Positions 18,671-29,425 of a DNA stretch of 64,000 nt are shown here, piece after piece. Below the pieces are notes generated by a model that was given only the letters and a program-made list of their open reading frames with translations, was not told the origin of the DNA and searched no databases. Positions within the stretch are counted from its first letter, which is position 1; every line of letters starts with the position of its first letter. The stretch spans positions 2,631,685 through 2,695,684 of the forward strand of contig CAVWRM010000001.1 in NCBI GenBank assembly GCA_963757525.1, given 5' to 3'. The position numbers and the translations under genes were made by a program. This DNA is from an uncultured Gemmatimonadales bacterium. Its GTDB lineage: Bacteria; Gemmatimonadota; Gemmatimonadetes; Gemmatimonadales; GWC2-71-9.

Positions 18671-19117
18671 GAGGATTCGATCGGTCCGCCCGTCAAACGG
18701 CTGGGCCCCCACACGGTCACCTTCTCCGCGACCGCCGCCATAAGGCACTACACCGGGGCCGGCAACGGCCGGTGCGGGCGCGAGACGCCCGCCTCGCTCT
18801 ACGAGAAGCCGGCGACACTCTATCTCATCGAGTACGGCGGCGAGGGCAGCGGCGATCTCGACCGGGTCAACCTCGCCCTCTGGCGCTTCAAGGACGGGTC
18901 GGCCGACCAGCTCTCGCTCGCGTTCGACGCCGGGAAGGAGTCCTACATCCTCTCGACGCTTCAGGGGAGCACGACGGCCGGGAAGGGGAGTGCAACGGTG
19001 ACGGCTGCCGGCGAGGGCGGGAAGATCCTAGTGAAGGGGGTCGGCGCACGAGGCGTCCCGATTCAGATGACCGTCGGGTGCTCGGCGTTCGGCGGGATCG
19101 AGGCCGACGGGGGTTGA
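18671..19117 (+). pseudogene. Strongly coding-like 148-codon frame with no ATG/GTG/TTG start (5'-truncated remnant or CTG/ATC-initiated ORF)
   Basis: The frame runs from the in-frame TGA at 18668-18670 to the TGA at 19115-19117. By my count about 132 of 148 codons end in G/C. Translation: ..TVTFSATAAIRHYTGAGNGRCGRETPASLYEKPATLYLIEYGGEGSGDLDRVNLALWRFKDGSADQLSLAFDAGKESYILSTLQG... The first canonical start codon is at 18998. The frame is missing from the ORF track. Confidence 0.4.
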
Positions 19118-20320
19118 TCACCCCGCGTGCCGCTCCTCCACCGTCAGCGTGAAGATGACGGTCCCCAGCAGTCCGATCGCGCCCGCCATGAGAAACGGCA
19201 CGGTCGGACTGCTCTTCCACAGCACACCGCCGATGGTCGCGGCGGGTGCGATAGCCACGCTGCGAATCAGATAGTAGAGACCCACCCCGCGCGCTCGGGT
19301 GTCCTCGGGCACGAACTCGAGAATCAGTGCCTTCCGTGCCGGCTCCCCGATCTCACGGAGCCCGCCCACCACGAACGCGAGCACCAGGGTCGTGAACGAG
19401 CTCGCCGCCGCGACCGCCAGGGGAAAGCAGGTGAACGCCACGAATGTGGCCACGACGAACGGCTTGCGTCCCAGGCGGTCGGCCAGCCGCGAGGCGGGCA
19501 AGGAGCAGACGATGACGACGGCCTGCTGGATGGCGATCAGCAGCCCGAAGGCGGGCGCCGCGATGCCCACGATATTGACACAGTAGAGGACGAGAAACAC
19601 GTCCACCATGGCGTCGCAGGTCCGGATGAAGACGTCCGACAGGAGCAATCGGCGGAGCGGGGACGGCAGCGAACGCCACACGCTGGCGATGCCGGCGTCC
19701 GCGGTCGAGCTTCGATGGTCGAGCCGCATGCGCCGGACGAGCAGCAGGGTGCCCGCGGCGAGACCGACGGAGACGACGAGCCCCGTGCGAACACCGCTGA
19801 GGACGCCGTGCGCCGCAATGAGCAGCCCGCCCAGCGTCGGCGCGATGAGGATGGGGACCCGCTTGAGGATCGACTGGACCGAGAACCCGACCGAGCGCCG
19901 CTCACGGGGCAGGGCATCGCCAACGACGGCGAACAGGGTGGGGCTGGCCATGCTGGTCCAGGCCATCACGAACACGAGCCCCAGCAGCACCACCGGCCAT
20001 GCCGGCGCCGCCGCCACGATGCCGTATCCCACCGCCGCGAGGCTCACGAACAGCAACAGCGCGCGCCGCCGGCCGTAGCGGTCGCCCACCCAGCCGCCGG
20101 GGTACTGGTAGAGGCCGTCGAGCAGGTCCTCGGTGCTGCCGTACGCGCCGATGGCCACGATCGGAGCGCCGAGCGCCTCGAGGTACTTGGGCATGAAACG
20201 GCGCCAGAGGTTTTCCCCCAGCGCCATGAGAAACATCGCGCCGACGACGGCGGTGGTGTTGCGCTCGAGCCCGAGCGCCGTCCTCACCCGAGAGACTACC
20301 TGGCTCCGCTGGGTCCCCAT
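19118..20320 (-). CDS. MFS transporter
   Basis: About 12 TM segments. MFS motif A GWVGDRYGRRRAL. Confidence 0.85.
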   Translation of the reverse strand: MGTQRSQVVSRVRTALGLERNTTAVVGAMFLMALGENLWRRFMPKYLEALGAPIVAIGAYGSTEDLLDGLYQYPGGWVGDRYGRRRALLLFVSLAAVGYGIVAAAPAWPVVLLGLVFVMAWTSMASPTLFAVVGDALPRERRSVGFSVQSILKRVPILIAPTLGGLLIAAHGVLSGVRTGLVVSVGLAAGTLLLVRRMRLDHRSSTADAGIASVWRSLPSPLRRLLLSDVFIRTCDAMVDVFLVLYCVNIVGIAAPAFGLLIAIQQAVVIVCSLPASRLADRLGRKPFVVATFVAFTCFPLAVAAASSFTTLVLAFVVGGLREIGEPARKALILEFVPEDTRARGVGLYYLIRSVAIAPAATIGGVLWKSSPTVPFLMAGAIGLLGTVIFTLTVEERHAG

Positions 20321-20964
20321 GGGAGAGTGACGCCGGCCGTCAGGCTGAGCGTCTCGAGGGACGCCAGCTCGCCGTTCGATCCGCCGATCGCGCCATGGGT
20401 CCGGGCGACCACGGTCCAGCGAAGACGACCCAATCCCTCGCCCTCGACACCCACGCCGAGATTCCCGCCGATCCCGGTAAACTTGTTCGCATACTCGAAT
20501 GACTCCGGATCGGGTACGATCCCGCCACGGTCATCCCGATAGACCACGTTGTGGCGCTCGTTGGATGCATAGTAGGCCAGGCCGACCAGAGCGAGGAAGC
20601 GCACGGGACGGCCAACGGTATGGAGACGCAGCGTGGGCCCCACGTGCCGTACGTCGCCGCGCTCGTGAGATGAGCCCGTGACCTCGCCGACGCAGGCACC
20701 AGGCGGCAGGACTGGGCACGCGCCGAGGGTGTAGCGCTCGGTGCGGCTCCCGAAACGCTGGTACCCAGCTTCGAGTCCTAGATCGGCGATCCGCCCGAGG
20801 CTTCGGTAGACTGCCAGAGAGCCTGCCAGCGAACCGAGCCGGTTGGAGTAGTCCTTGGGGACCGCTCCAAATCCCAGCGTGATCGTCGATGAATAGCGCA
20901 CCTGCGCGGAGGCCGCCCAAGGGGCGAGCCCGAGACATGCGAGCACCACGAAAAAGCGAGTCAT
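20296..20964 (-). CDS. Outer-membrane beta-barrel protein (porin-family/OmpW-like)
   Basis: Signal peptide ...APWAASA|Q. Alternating-polarity strands with aromatic girdles. Confidence 0.6.
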   Translation of the reverse strand: MTRFFVVLACLGLAPWAASAQVRYSSTITLGFGAVPKDYSNRLGSLAGSLAVYRSLGRIADLGLEAGYQRFGSRTERYTLGACPVLPPGACVGEVTGSSHERGDVRHVGPTLRLHTVGRPVRFLALVGLAYYASNERHNVVYRDDRGGIVPDPESFEYANKFTGIGGNLGVGVEGEGLGRLRWTVVARTHGAIGGSNGELASLETLSLTAGVTLPWGPSGAR

Positions 20965-21002
20965 GGCCGCACGTTAGCGGGCGACCGTGACTCGCGCGTG
21001 AC

Positions 21003-21992
21003 CTACCGGTTGGTCAGCTCGAGCATCCGCGGGTCGTACCGCGCGCCGGCGGCCGCGCCCTTGGGCGACGCCTGTTCGATGCCCTCCATGTCCTTCGCGT
21101 TCAACTCGACGCTCACCGAGGCCACGTTCTCCTGCAGCCGGTCCATGCTCGTCGTGCCCGGAATCGGCACGACGTCATCGTTCCGCCGGATGAGCCAGGC
21201 CAGCGCAAGCTGCGCCGGAGTGCAGCCCTTGTCCCGGGCCACCTTACGAACGCGGTCGGCAAGGGCCAGGTTCTTCTGGAAGTTCTCGCCCTGGAAGCGG
21301 GGGTTGTTCCGGCGCCAATCGTCGGGCGCGAGGTCTTCCGGTTTCCGGAACCGTCCCGCGAGGAATCCCCGTCCGAGGGGACTGTACGCCACGAGAGCGA
21401 TCCCCAGCTCGCGCAGTGTGGGCAGCGTGTCCTCGTGGTCGCGGGTCCAGAGCGAATACTCGTTCTGCACCGCCGCGATCGGGTGGACCGTGTGCGCCCG
21501 CCGCAGGCTCTCGGGGTTCGGCTCCGACAGGCCGAGATACCGGACCTTGCCCTGATGGACCAGATCGGCCATCGCGCCGACGGTCTCCTCGACCGGGACG
21601 TTCGCGTCGACCCGGTGCAGGTAGTAGAGGTCGATGTGGTCCACATTCAGACGCTGCAGCGACGAATCGCAGGCTTCCCGGACGTGCTTCGGGGTGCCGT
21701 CGATACGCTGACCCTGGCCGACGCGCTCGTTCACGAACCCGAACTTGGTCGCCAGCACGACGGCGTTGCGCCGACCCTTGAGTGCCTTGCCCACCTGGAT
21801 CTCCGACACGCCGTACACATCGGCGGTGTCGATGAGGGTCACACCCAGGTCGATGGCGCGGTGCATCAGGTCGACAGCGGCCTGGTCGTCGCGGACGCTG
21901 CTGGTATAGGTATCTGCGATGCCGATGCCCATGGCTCCGAACCCGATGGCGGAGACTTTGGGGCCCTGTCGGCCGAGTTGGCGGGTTTCCAT
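21003..21992 (-). CDS. Aldo/keto reductase
   Basis: [40 protein letters not shown]. Start trimmed to ATG 21992. Confidence 0.9.
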   Translation of the reverse strand: METRQLGRQGPKVSAIGFGAMGIGIADTYTSSVRDDQAAVDLMHRAIDLGVTLIDTADVYGVSEIQVGKALKGRRNAVVLATKFGFVNERVGQGQRIDGTPKHVREACDSSLQRLNVDHIDLYYLHRVDANVPVEETVGAMADLVHQGKVRYLGLSEPNPESLRRAHTVHPIAAVQNEYSLWTRDHEDTLPTLRELGIALVAYSPLGRGFLAGRFRKPEDLAPDDWRRNNPRFQGENFQKNLALADRVRKVARDKGCTPAQLALAWLIRRNDDVVPIPGTTSMDRLQENVASVSVELNAKDMEGIEQASPKGAAAGARYDPRMLELTNR

Positions 21993-22082
21993 CGTAGGTC
22001 TTCCTCTCGGACTGGTGAATCGTTGCGACCCGTGCAATCTGAAGGGTAGCGGTGGGAGGGGAGGGCGGTAAGGCATGAAGGA

Positions 22083-22112
22083 AAGGGCGCCACCTGACGG
22101 AGTGGCGCCCTT
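22083..22112 (-). terminator. Intrinsic terminator downstream of gyrB
   Basis: Perfect 11-bp inverted repeat AAGGGCGCCAC-N8-GTGGCGCCCTT. On the minus strand it is followed by TTCCTTC. It lies 38 nt after the gyrB stop. Confidence 0.6.
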
Positions 22113-22149
22113 GGTAGCCATGCCCGATTTTCGTTCCGCCCTTCCGCCC

Positions 22150-24105
<1,956 letters not shown>

Positions 24106-24426
24106 TCAGGGCCGGGGCCGGTCGATGGGACCGGGTACCCAGCGGATCTCTCGCACACGCCCCGTCCGGCCCGCATTGAGCCGGGCGAGGATGCGAGGGG
24201 TCATCAGGCTCAATTCGGTGGCCCACGCCGCGGTGGCGACGCGAACCCGGAGCAACCCGTCCTGGGTCACCGACTCGGGGGCGGTGACCGCCGCGATCTG
24301 GGGACCCACCAGCGTAGCCCACTCTTCGATGATGCCGGCCTGCTGGAGGCGCTTGGAGAACCCCGAGTGCTTGAGGTAGCTCGCGAGCGCCTCGCCGATC
24401 GGGCTGGGCGGCTGCTTGCGGTTCAC
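24106..24426 (-). CDS. DUF721 domain protein (DciA-like)
   Basis: IGEALASYLKHSGFSKRLQQAGIIEEWATLVGPQIA...LLRVRVATAAWATELSLMTPRILARLN is the DUF721 pattern, in the classical position between recF and gyrB. Start set to GTG 24426 (GTGA overlap with the recF stop). Confidence 0.75.
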   Translation of the reverse strand: MNRKQPPSPIGEALASYLKHSGFSKRLQQAGIIEEWATLVGPQIAAVTAPESVTQDGLLRVRVATAAWATELSLMTPRILARLNAGRTGRVREIRWVPGPIDRPRP

Positions 24427-25496
24427 CGGATCACCCGACCCGCTTCGACGGTCCACACCGGCACATCGGCCTCCGGCGGCAGCTCGTCACGGCGCGGCGC
24501 GGTGACGAAGACCTGGCGTCCATTGTCACCCAGGACCCGGCGCGCCAGCCGCCGCTGGCGCTCGCGGTCGAGCTCGGCGAACACGTCGTCGAGCAGGAGC
24601 GCGGGCTCGGTGCCTCGCGCCGACCGCAGCGACACGAGCTCGACCAGCTTGAGCGCCACGGCCGCGCTACGCTGCTGGCCCGTCGAGCCCGAGCCCCGCA
24701 CCCCCCGCCCGCCGAGCTCGATGACCAGGTCGTCGCGGTGCGGCCCGACGGTCGTCATCCCGCGCGCCCGGTCCCGCGGCAGCGCCAGGTCGAGCGCGCC
24801 GGTCCAGCACGCCGGATCCGCGAGTTCCTGGACGCCACGGTAGACGAGGCGCGCCTTCGAGGGCTCGCCGAGGGTATCGAGCTCGGCGACGAACGCATCC
24901 GCCGCGCTCCCCACCCAGCGTTCGCGCGTCCGGACGACGAAGGCCCCTGCCTCCGACAGTGGCCCGTCGAAGGCGCGGGCCAGCTCCACCTTTCCCTGCC
25001 GCAGGGCCGAGTTGCGCTGCGCCAGCGCGGCGCGGTAGCGCACGAGGGCGCGGAGGTACTGCCGATCGGCGAGCGAGAGCATGCGGTCGAGATATCGCCG
25101 CCGCTCGGAGGCCGGCCCCGCGGCGAGCTCGACGTCGGCCGGCTGGAAGGCCACCGCGAGCCACGCGCCGGCCGCATCGGCGACCCGCGGCGACTCCGTG
25201 CCGTCCAGCGCGATCCGCTTGCGCCGGCCCGCCGCGGTCCACGTGGCGGCCACTTCGCGCGTCTCGCCGCCCTCGACATGCACCTCCACGTGGAACCCGG
25301 GGCCGCCGTAGCGCGCGACGTCCTGATCGGCCGTGCCCCGGAGCGAGCGAAACAGCACGGGGTAGTACGCGGCCTCGAGGAGGTTGGTCTTGCCCTGCGC
25401 GTTGGCGCCCAGCAACGCGACGCCGCCCGCCGGAGGGTGGACGTCGAGATCATCCAGGTTCCGGAATCCCCGTGCGACCAGCCGGTGCAGCCGCAC
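24423..25496 (-). CDS. recF: DNA replication/repair protein RecF
   Basis: Walker A GANAQGKTNLLEA. SMC-like signature and Walker B (LLLDDVFAELD). Confidence 0.95.
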   Translation of the reverse strand: MRLHRLVARGFRNLDDLDVHPPAGGVALLGANAQGKTNLLEAAYYPVLFRSLRGTADQDVARYGGPGFHVEVHVEGGETREVAATWTAAGRRKRIALDGTESPRVADAAGAWLAVAFQPADVELAAGPASERRRYLDRMLSLADRQYLRALVRYRAALAQRNSALRQGKVELARAFDGPLSEAGAFVVRTRERWVGSAADAFVAELDTLGEPSKARLVYRGVQELADPACWTGALDLALPRDRARGMTTVGPHRDDLVIELGGRGVRGSGSTGQQRSAAVALKLVELVSLRSARGTEPALLLDDVFAELDRERQRRLARRVLGDNGRQVFVTAPRRDELPPEADVPVWTVEAGRVIR

Positions 25497-25951
25497 TACT
25501 CGATGCGGAGCTGACGAACGGCGAAGGAGCCACGCTCTCCCACCTCATCCACGGCGGATATCCGGACCGTGAACGTGTCGCCCGCGTGGCCGAAGGTGGG
25601 GACCTGGATGGCGAACCGCACCGTGTCGGCGCCCTGGCCATCGAGCGGGGCGTAGCTGACTCCGGCGCCTGCAACCTCGAAGTTCACGAAATCGATCCCG
25701 TCGGGATCGGCGCTGAGCCCGTCAATGACGAACGGCTCGCCTTCGGTGATCACCGTGTCGCCCACTTCGGGCCGGGTGATCGTGGTGCGCGGGCCCCCGC
25801 CGGTGCCGGGATTCTGCTCGGGGAAGGTCAGCCGTTCGCGATCGCCGCAGCCGGCCGCCGCCACCAACCAGGCCGTCAAAGCGGCCCACGCCATGCCTGG
25901 TCTGACCAACAGCGAAAAATACCCGGATCGAGAGGGAAATTGCAGGCTCAT
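25496..25951 (-). CDS. Lipoprotein, hypothetical (Ig-like fold likely)
   Basis: Lipobox VAAAG|C. ATGA overlap with the upstream crotonase gene. ATG 25894 is an alternative start. Confidence 0.6.
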   Translation of the reverse strand: MSLQFPSRSGYFSLLVRPGMAWAALTAWLVAAAGCGDRERLTFPEQNPGTGGGPRTTITRPEVGDTVITEGEPFVIDGLSADPDGIDFVNFEVAGAGVSYAPLDGQGADTVRFAIQVPTFGHAGDTFTVRISAVDEVGERGSFAVRQLRIE

Positions 25952-26727
25952 GCGCCCTCGAAGGATGGCTTCCGCTTCTCGAGAAATGCCTTGGTGCCTT
26001 CATGCATGTCGGCGGTGGCGGAAAGAAGCCCGAACGACTTGGCCTCGAGGTGCAGCGCGGCGTCGAGTGGGAGGTCGTCGCCCTGGTCCACGAGCTCGAG
26101 ACAGGCCCGGAGCGCCAGGGGTCCGTTCTCGAGAATGGCGCGCATCAGGGCCTCCGTTTCTGGAATCAGCCGGTCCGCCGGCACGACCCGGTTCACGAGC
26201 CCGATGCGCCACGCCTCCTGCGCGTCGATCGTCGCCCCGGTCAGCAGCAGCTCCAGCGCCCGGCCCCGACCCACCAGGCGGGGCAGCCTGACGGTGCCTC
26301 CGTAACCGGGACCGATGCCGAGCTTGACCTCGGGCTGGCCGAATCTGGCCGTCTCGCTGGCAACCCGGAGGTGGCAGGCCATGGCGAGCTCGCATCCGCC
26401 GCCGAGGGCGAAGCCGTTGACCGCCGCGATGACCGGCTTGCCGCAGCGCTCGATACTCCGGAAGACCCGTTGGCCCTCGAGCGAGCGGGCCTGCCCGCCC
26501 ATCGGTCCCTGGCCGGCCAGCTCGGCGATGTCGGCCCCCGCGACGAAGGCCTTGGTACCCGATCCGGTGAGAATCGCGCCCCCGATGGTGTCGTCCTCGG
26601 TGATACGTGTCGCGGCTTGTCCCAGCTCGCGAATCACGGTGCCGTTGAGGGCATTGAGCTTGTCGGGGCGCTCGATGGTGAGTCGGGCGACGCGGTCGGT
26701 GACGGTGAGCGAGAGGGTGGTGTACAT
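25948..26727 (-). CDS. Enoyl-CoA hydratase/isomerase (crotonase family)
   Basis: AAVNGFALGGGCELAMACH oxyanion-hole region. Start trimmed to ATG 26727 (MYTTLSLTVTDRVARLTIERPDKLNAL). Confidence 0.9.
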   Translation of the reverse strand: MYTTLSLTVTDRVARLTIERPDKLNALNGTVIRELGQAATRITEDDTIGGAILTGSGTKAFVAGADIAELAGQGPMGGQARSLEGQRVFRSIERCGKPVIAAVNGFALGGGCELAMACHLRVASETARFGQPEVKLGIGPGYGGTVRLPRLVGRGRALELLLTGATIDAQEAWRIGLVNRVVPADRLIPETEALMRAILENGPLALRACLELVDQGDDLPLDAALHLEAKSFGLLSATADMHEGTKAFLEKRKPSFEGA

Positions 26728-26731
26728 GGTC

Positions 26732-26869
26732 GGGTCGGGGGTCGGGGGTCTTAGGGTCGCGGGTCGCGGGTCGCGAGTCTCAAGATACCGATCTCCGTGC
26801 TGCAAAGCCTCCCTCGGAGCCCGCGACACGCGACTCGCGACCCACCGCCGAGCCCGCGACCCGCGACCC
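26732..26869. repeat. Inverted arrays of GGGTCGC-type heptamers in a divergent intergenic region
   Basis: gggtcgg gggtcgg gggtctta gggtcgc gggtcgc gggtcgc gagtctc (26732-26781), a spacer of about 41 nt, then gcgacac gcgactc gcgaccc (26823-26843) and gcgaccc gcgaccc (26856-26869). Confidence 0.8.
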
Positions 26870-26887
26870 TCCGACTATCTTTCCCCC

Positions 26888-27907
26888 GTGCCGATCCCCC
26901 CTCACATCGCCTGGACGCCAACTCGCGGCGTGCGCATCCTCGATCAGACCCGGCTCCCCGGTGAAGAGCGCTATCTCGATCTGGAGACCGTCGAGGCGAT
27001 GGCCGAAGCGATCCGCTCCCTCCGGGTGCGTGGCGCGCCGCTCATCGGCATCGCCGCTGCAATGGGGGTGACGCTCGAGGCGCGGGCCGGGCGCACGCTC
27101 GAAGCGGTCGGCGCGGCCGCGGGCATCCTTGCCGCCACCCGTCCAACGGCGGTCAATCTCCGGTGGGCACTCGACCGGATGAGGCGACGGGCGACCGAAG
27201 CGGCCGCCGGCGGGGAGGATCTGCACCGGGCGCTCGTGGCGGAAGCCGACGCCATCTGGGAGGAAGACCGCGACATGTGCGGGCGCATCGGCCGGCTCGG
27301 CGCCGACCTGATCGGGGGCGACGCGCTGGTGATGACCCATTGCAACGCGGGCGCGCTGGCCACCGGCGGGATGGGGACGGCGCTCGCGCCGGTGTACACC
27401 TTGCACGAGGCAGGCCGCCGCGTGGCGGTCATCTCGTCCGAGACCCGGCCGCTGCTCCAGGGAAGCCGGCTCACCGCGTGGGAGCTGACGCGGAGCGGCG
27501 TTCCCTGCACTGTAATCACCGACGGCATGGCCGCCAGCCGCCTCCGCCGCGGCGATGTGAGCTGCGTGATCGTCGGCGCTGATCGCATCGCCGCCAACGG
27601 CGACGTCGCGAACAAGATCGGCACCTACTCGCTCGCGCTCGCCGCGCGGGCACATGGGGTCCCCTTCTACGTCGCCGCGCCCACGTCAACGGTGGACCCT
27701 GCGACCAGGGAGGGCGGGGCCATCCCCATCGAGGAACGTGCCGCCCACGAGGTGGCGACGTGGGGCGTGGCCGTGTGGAACCCCGCCTTCGACGTGACGC
27801 CGGCGGGGCTGGTGACGAAGATCATCACGGACCGCGGCGTCTTCGAGCCGCACGAAGTCGCGAGTCGCGGGTCGCGGGTCGCGGCGGCCGAGACTCGCGA
27901 CTCGTAG
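26888..27907 (+). CDS. mtnA: S-methyl-5-thioribose-1-phosphate isomerase
   Basis: RGAPLIGIAAAMG and VIVGADRIAANGDVANKIGTY. Start set to GTG 26888 (VPIPPHIAWTP). The 530-aa track ORF has a non-coding-looking N-terminal extension. Confidence 0.88.
   Translation: MPIPPHIAWTPTRGVRILDQTRLPGEERYLDLETVEAMAEAIRSLRVRGAPLIGIAAAMGVTLEARAGRTLEAVGAAAGILAATRPTAVNLRWALDRMRRRATEAAAGGEDLHRALVAEADAIWEEDRDMCGRIGRLGADLIGGDALVMTHCNAGALATGGMGTALAPVYTLHEAGRRVAVISSETRPLLQGSRLTAWELTRSGVPCTVITDGMAASRLRRGDVSCVIVGADRIAANGDVANKIGTYSLALAARAHGVPFYVAAPTSTVDPATREGGAIPIEERAAHEVATWGVAVWNPAFDVTPAGLVTKIITDRGVFEPHEVASRGSRVAAAETRDS
27858..27904 (+). repeat. GGGTCGC-family heptamer hairpin at the 3' end of mtnA, abutting its stop codon
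   Basis: gagtcgc gggtcgc gggtcgc - ggcggccga - gactcgc gactcg. CGAGTCGCG (27861-27869) pairs perfectly with CGCGACTCG (27896-27904). The stop TAG (27905-27907) follows directly. Confidence 0.75.
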
Positions 27908-27922
27908 CCCCAGACGTCCCGC

Positions 27923-29425
27923 ATGTCCTCCATCCTGGCCCTGGACCAAGGCACCACCGGCTCGACGGCTCTCGTCGTCCACCAGGACGGCACCGTCCTC
28001 GGACGCGGCTACCGGGAGCTCACCCAGATTTTCCCCAAGCCCGGATGGGTGGAGCACGATCCGGAGGAGATCATCCGGGTCTCGATCGCGGCGATGCAAG
28101 AGGCGCTCCAGCAGGCGGGTGAGCGGCCGGCCGGCCTCGGCATCACCAACCAGCGCGAGACCGCCGTCCTCTGGGACCGCAAGACGCTCGAGCCCGTGGC
28201 GCCCGCGATCGTGTGGCAGGACCGGCGGACCTCCGACCGCTGCCGGGAGCTCCGGAATTCCGGCGTCGAAACGATGCTACGTCGCCGGACCGGGCTCGTC
28301 GCCGACCCCTACTTCACGGCCACCAAGCTGGAGTGGCTGCTCCGTGACGAGCAGCTCCGGACCCGTGCCCGCCGCGGCGAGCTTGCGGCGGGTACGGTCG
28401 AGAGCTGGGTCGTGGCGAAGCTCACCGGCGGCCGGGTCCACGTCACCGATCACACCAACGCGTCTCGCACGCTGCTGTACGATCTCTCGTCGCGTTCCTG
28501 GGAGCCCGAGCTGCTCTCCACCTTCGGCATTCCCCCCGAGCTCCTCGGCAAGATCGTCCCCTCCGCGGGCGTCGTGGGCGAGACCGACCGGGCGTACCTC
28601 GACGTGGCGCTGCCGATCGCGGGCCTCGCCGGCGACCAGCAGTCGGCGCTCTTCGGCCAGGGCTGCTGTACCAGCGGCCTTGCCAAGAACACTTACGGCA
28701 CCGGGGCGTTTCTCCTGATCTACACCGGTGACCGCCTGCCGGAGCCGCCGCGTGGGGTGCTGGCTACAGCGGCGTGCGGCCCAACCGGCGAGCCCGCCTA
28801 TGCGCTCGAGGGGAGCGTGTTCATCGCCGGCGCGGCGATCCAGTGGCTGCGCGATGGACTCGGCCTCATTACGGCGGCGGCGGAGACCGAGGCGCTCGCG
28901 CGCGCCGTTCCCGATACGGGCGGGGTGCACTTCGTGCCCGCGTTCGTCGGGCTCGGCACGCCCCACTGGGAGGCGGAGGCGCGGGGGACGATCACGGGGA
29001 TCACCCGCGGCACCACGCGGGCCCATCTGGTTCGCGCCGCCCTCGAGGCGATGGCGTTCAGCAGCGCCGACCTGCTCGATGCGATGACCGACTCCGGGCG
29101 ACTCGCGATCCGGGCGCTCCGGGTCGACGGCGGGGCGGCGGCCAACGACTGGCTGATGCAGTGGCAGGCCGACGTTCTCGGCGTTCCGGTCGAGCGGCCG
29201 GACATGGTGGAAACCACAGCGTTGGGTGCCGCCGGGCTCGCGGGGCTGGCGTTGGGGGTCTGGAAGAATCCGGGAGAGTTTCTCGCCGGGCGCCGGTTCG
29301 AGCGATTCGAGCCGCGCCCCGCCACCGCCGAGCGGCAGGCCGCGAGAGTGGGATGGCAACGGGCGGTGAACGCGGCCCTGGCCTGGGCCCGCGCCGACGG
29401 AGCTGGGGGCGCTCAGAAGCGGTAG
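27923..29425 (+). CDS. glpK: Glycerol kinase
   Basis: ALDQGTTGS, GWVEHDP and the FGGY-family pattern throughout. Confidence 0.97.
   Translation: MSSILALDQGTTGSTALVVHQDGTVLGRGYRELTQIFPKPGWVEHDPEEIIRVSIAAMQEALQQAGERPAGLGITNQRETAVLWDRKTLEPVAPAIVWQDRRTSDRCRELRNSGVETMLRRRTGLVADPYFTATKLEWLLRDEQLRTRARRGELAAGTVESWVVAKLTGGRVHVTDHTNASRTLLYDLSSRSWEPELLSTFGIPPELLGKIVPSAGVVGETDRAYLDVALPIAGLAGDQQSALFGQGCCTSGLAKNTYGTGAFLLIYTGDRLPEPPRGVLATAACGPTGEPAYALEGSVFIAGAAIQWLRDGLGLITAAAETEALARAVPDTGGVHFVPAFVGLGTPHWEAEARGTITGITRGTTRAHLVRAALEAMAFSSADLLDAMTDSGRLAIRALRVDGGAAANDWLMQWQADVLGVPVERPDMVETTALGAAGLAGLALGVWKNPGEFLAGRRFERFEPRPATAERQAARVGWQRAVNAALAWARADGAGGAQKR

Noticed and set aside
18616-19152. 178-aa + strand ORF from the track.
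   Set aside because: It is Arg-rich, with poor G/C bias at third positions in its 5' part. The overlapping frame 18671-19117 has a much stronger coding signature, so I reported that frame instead.
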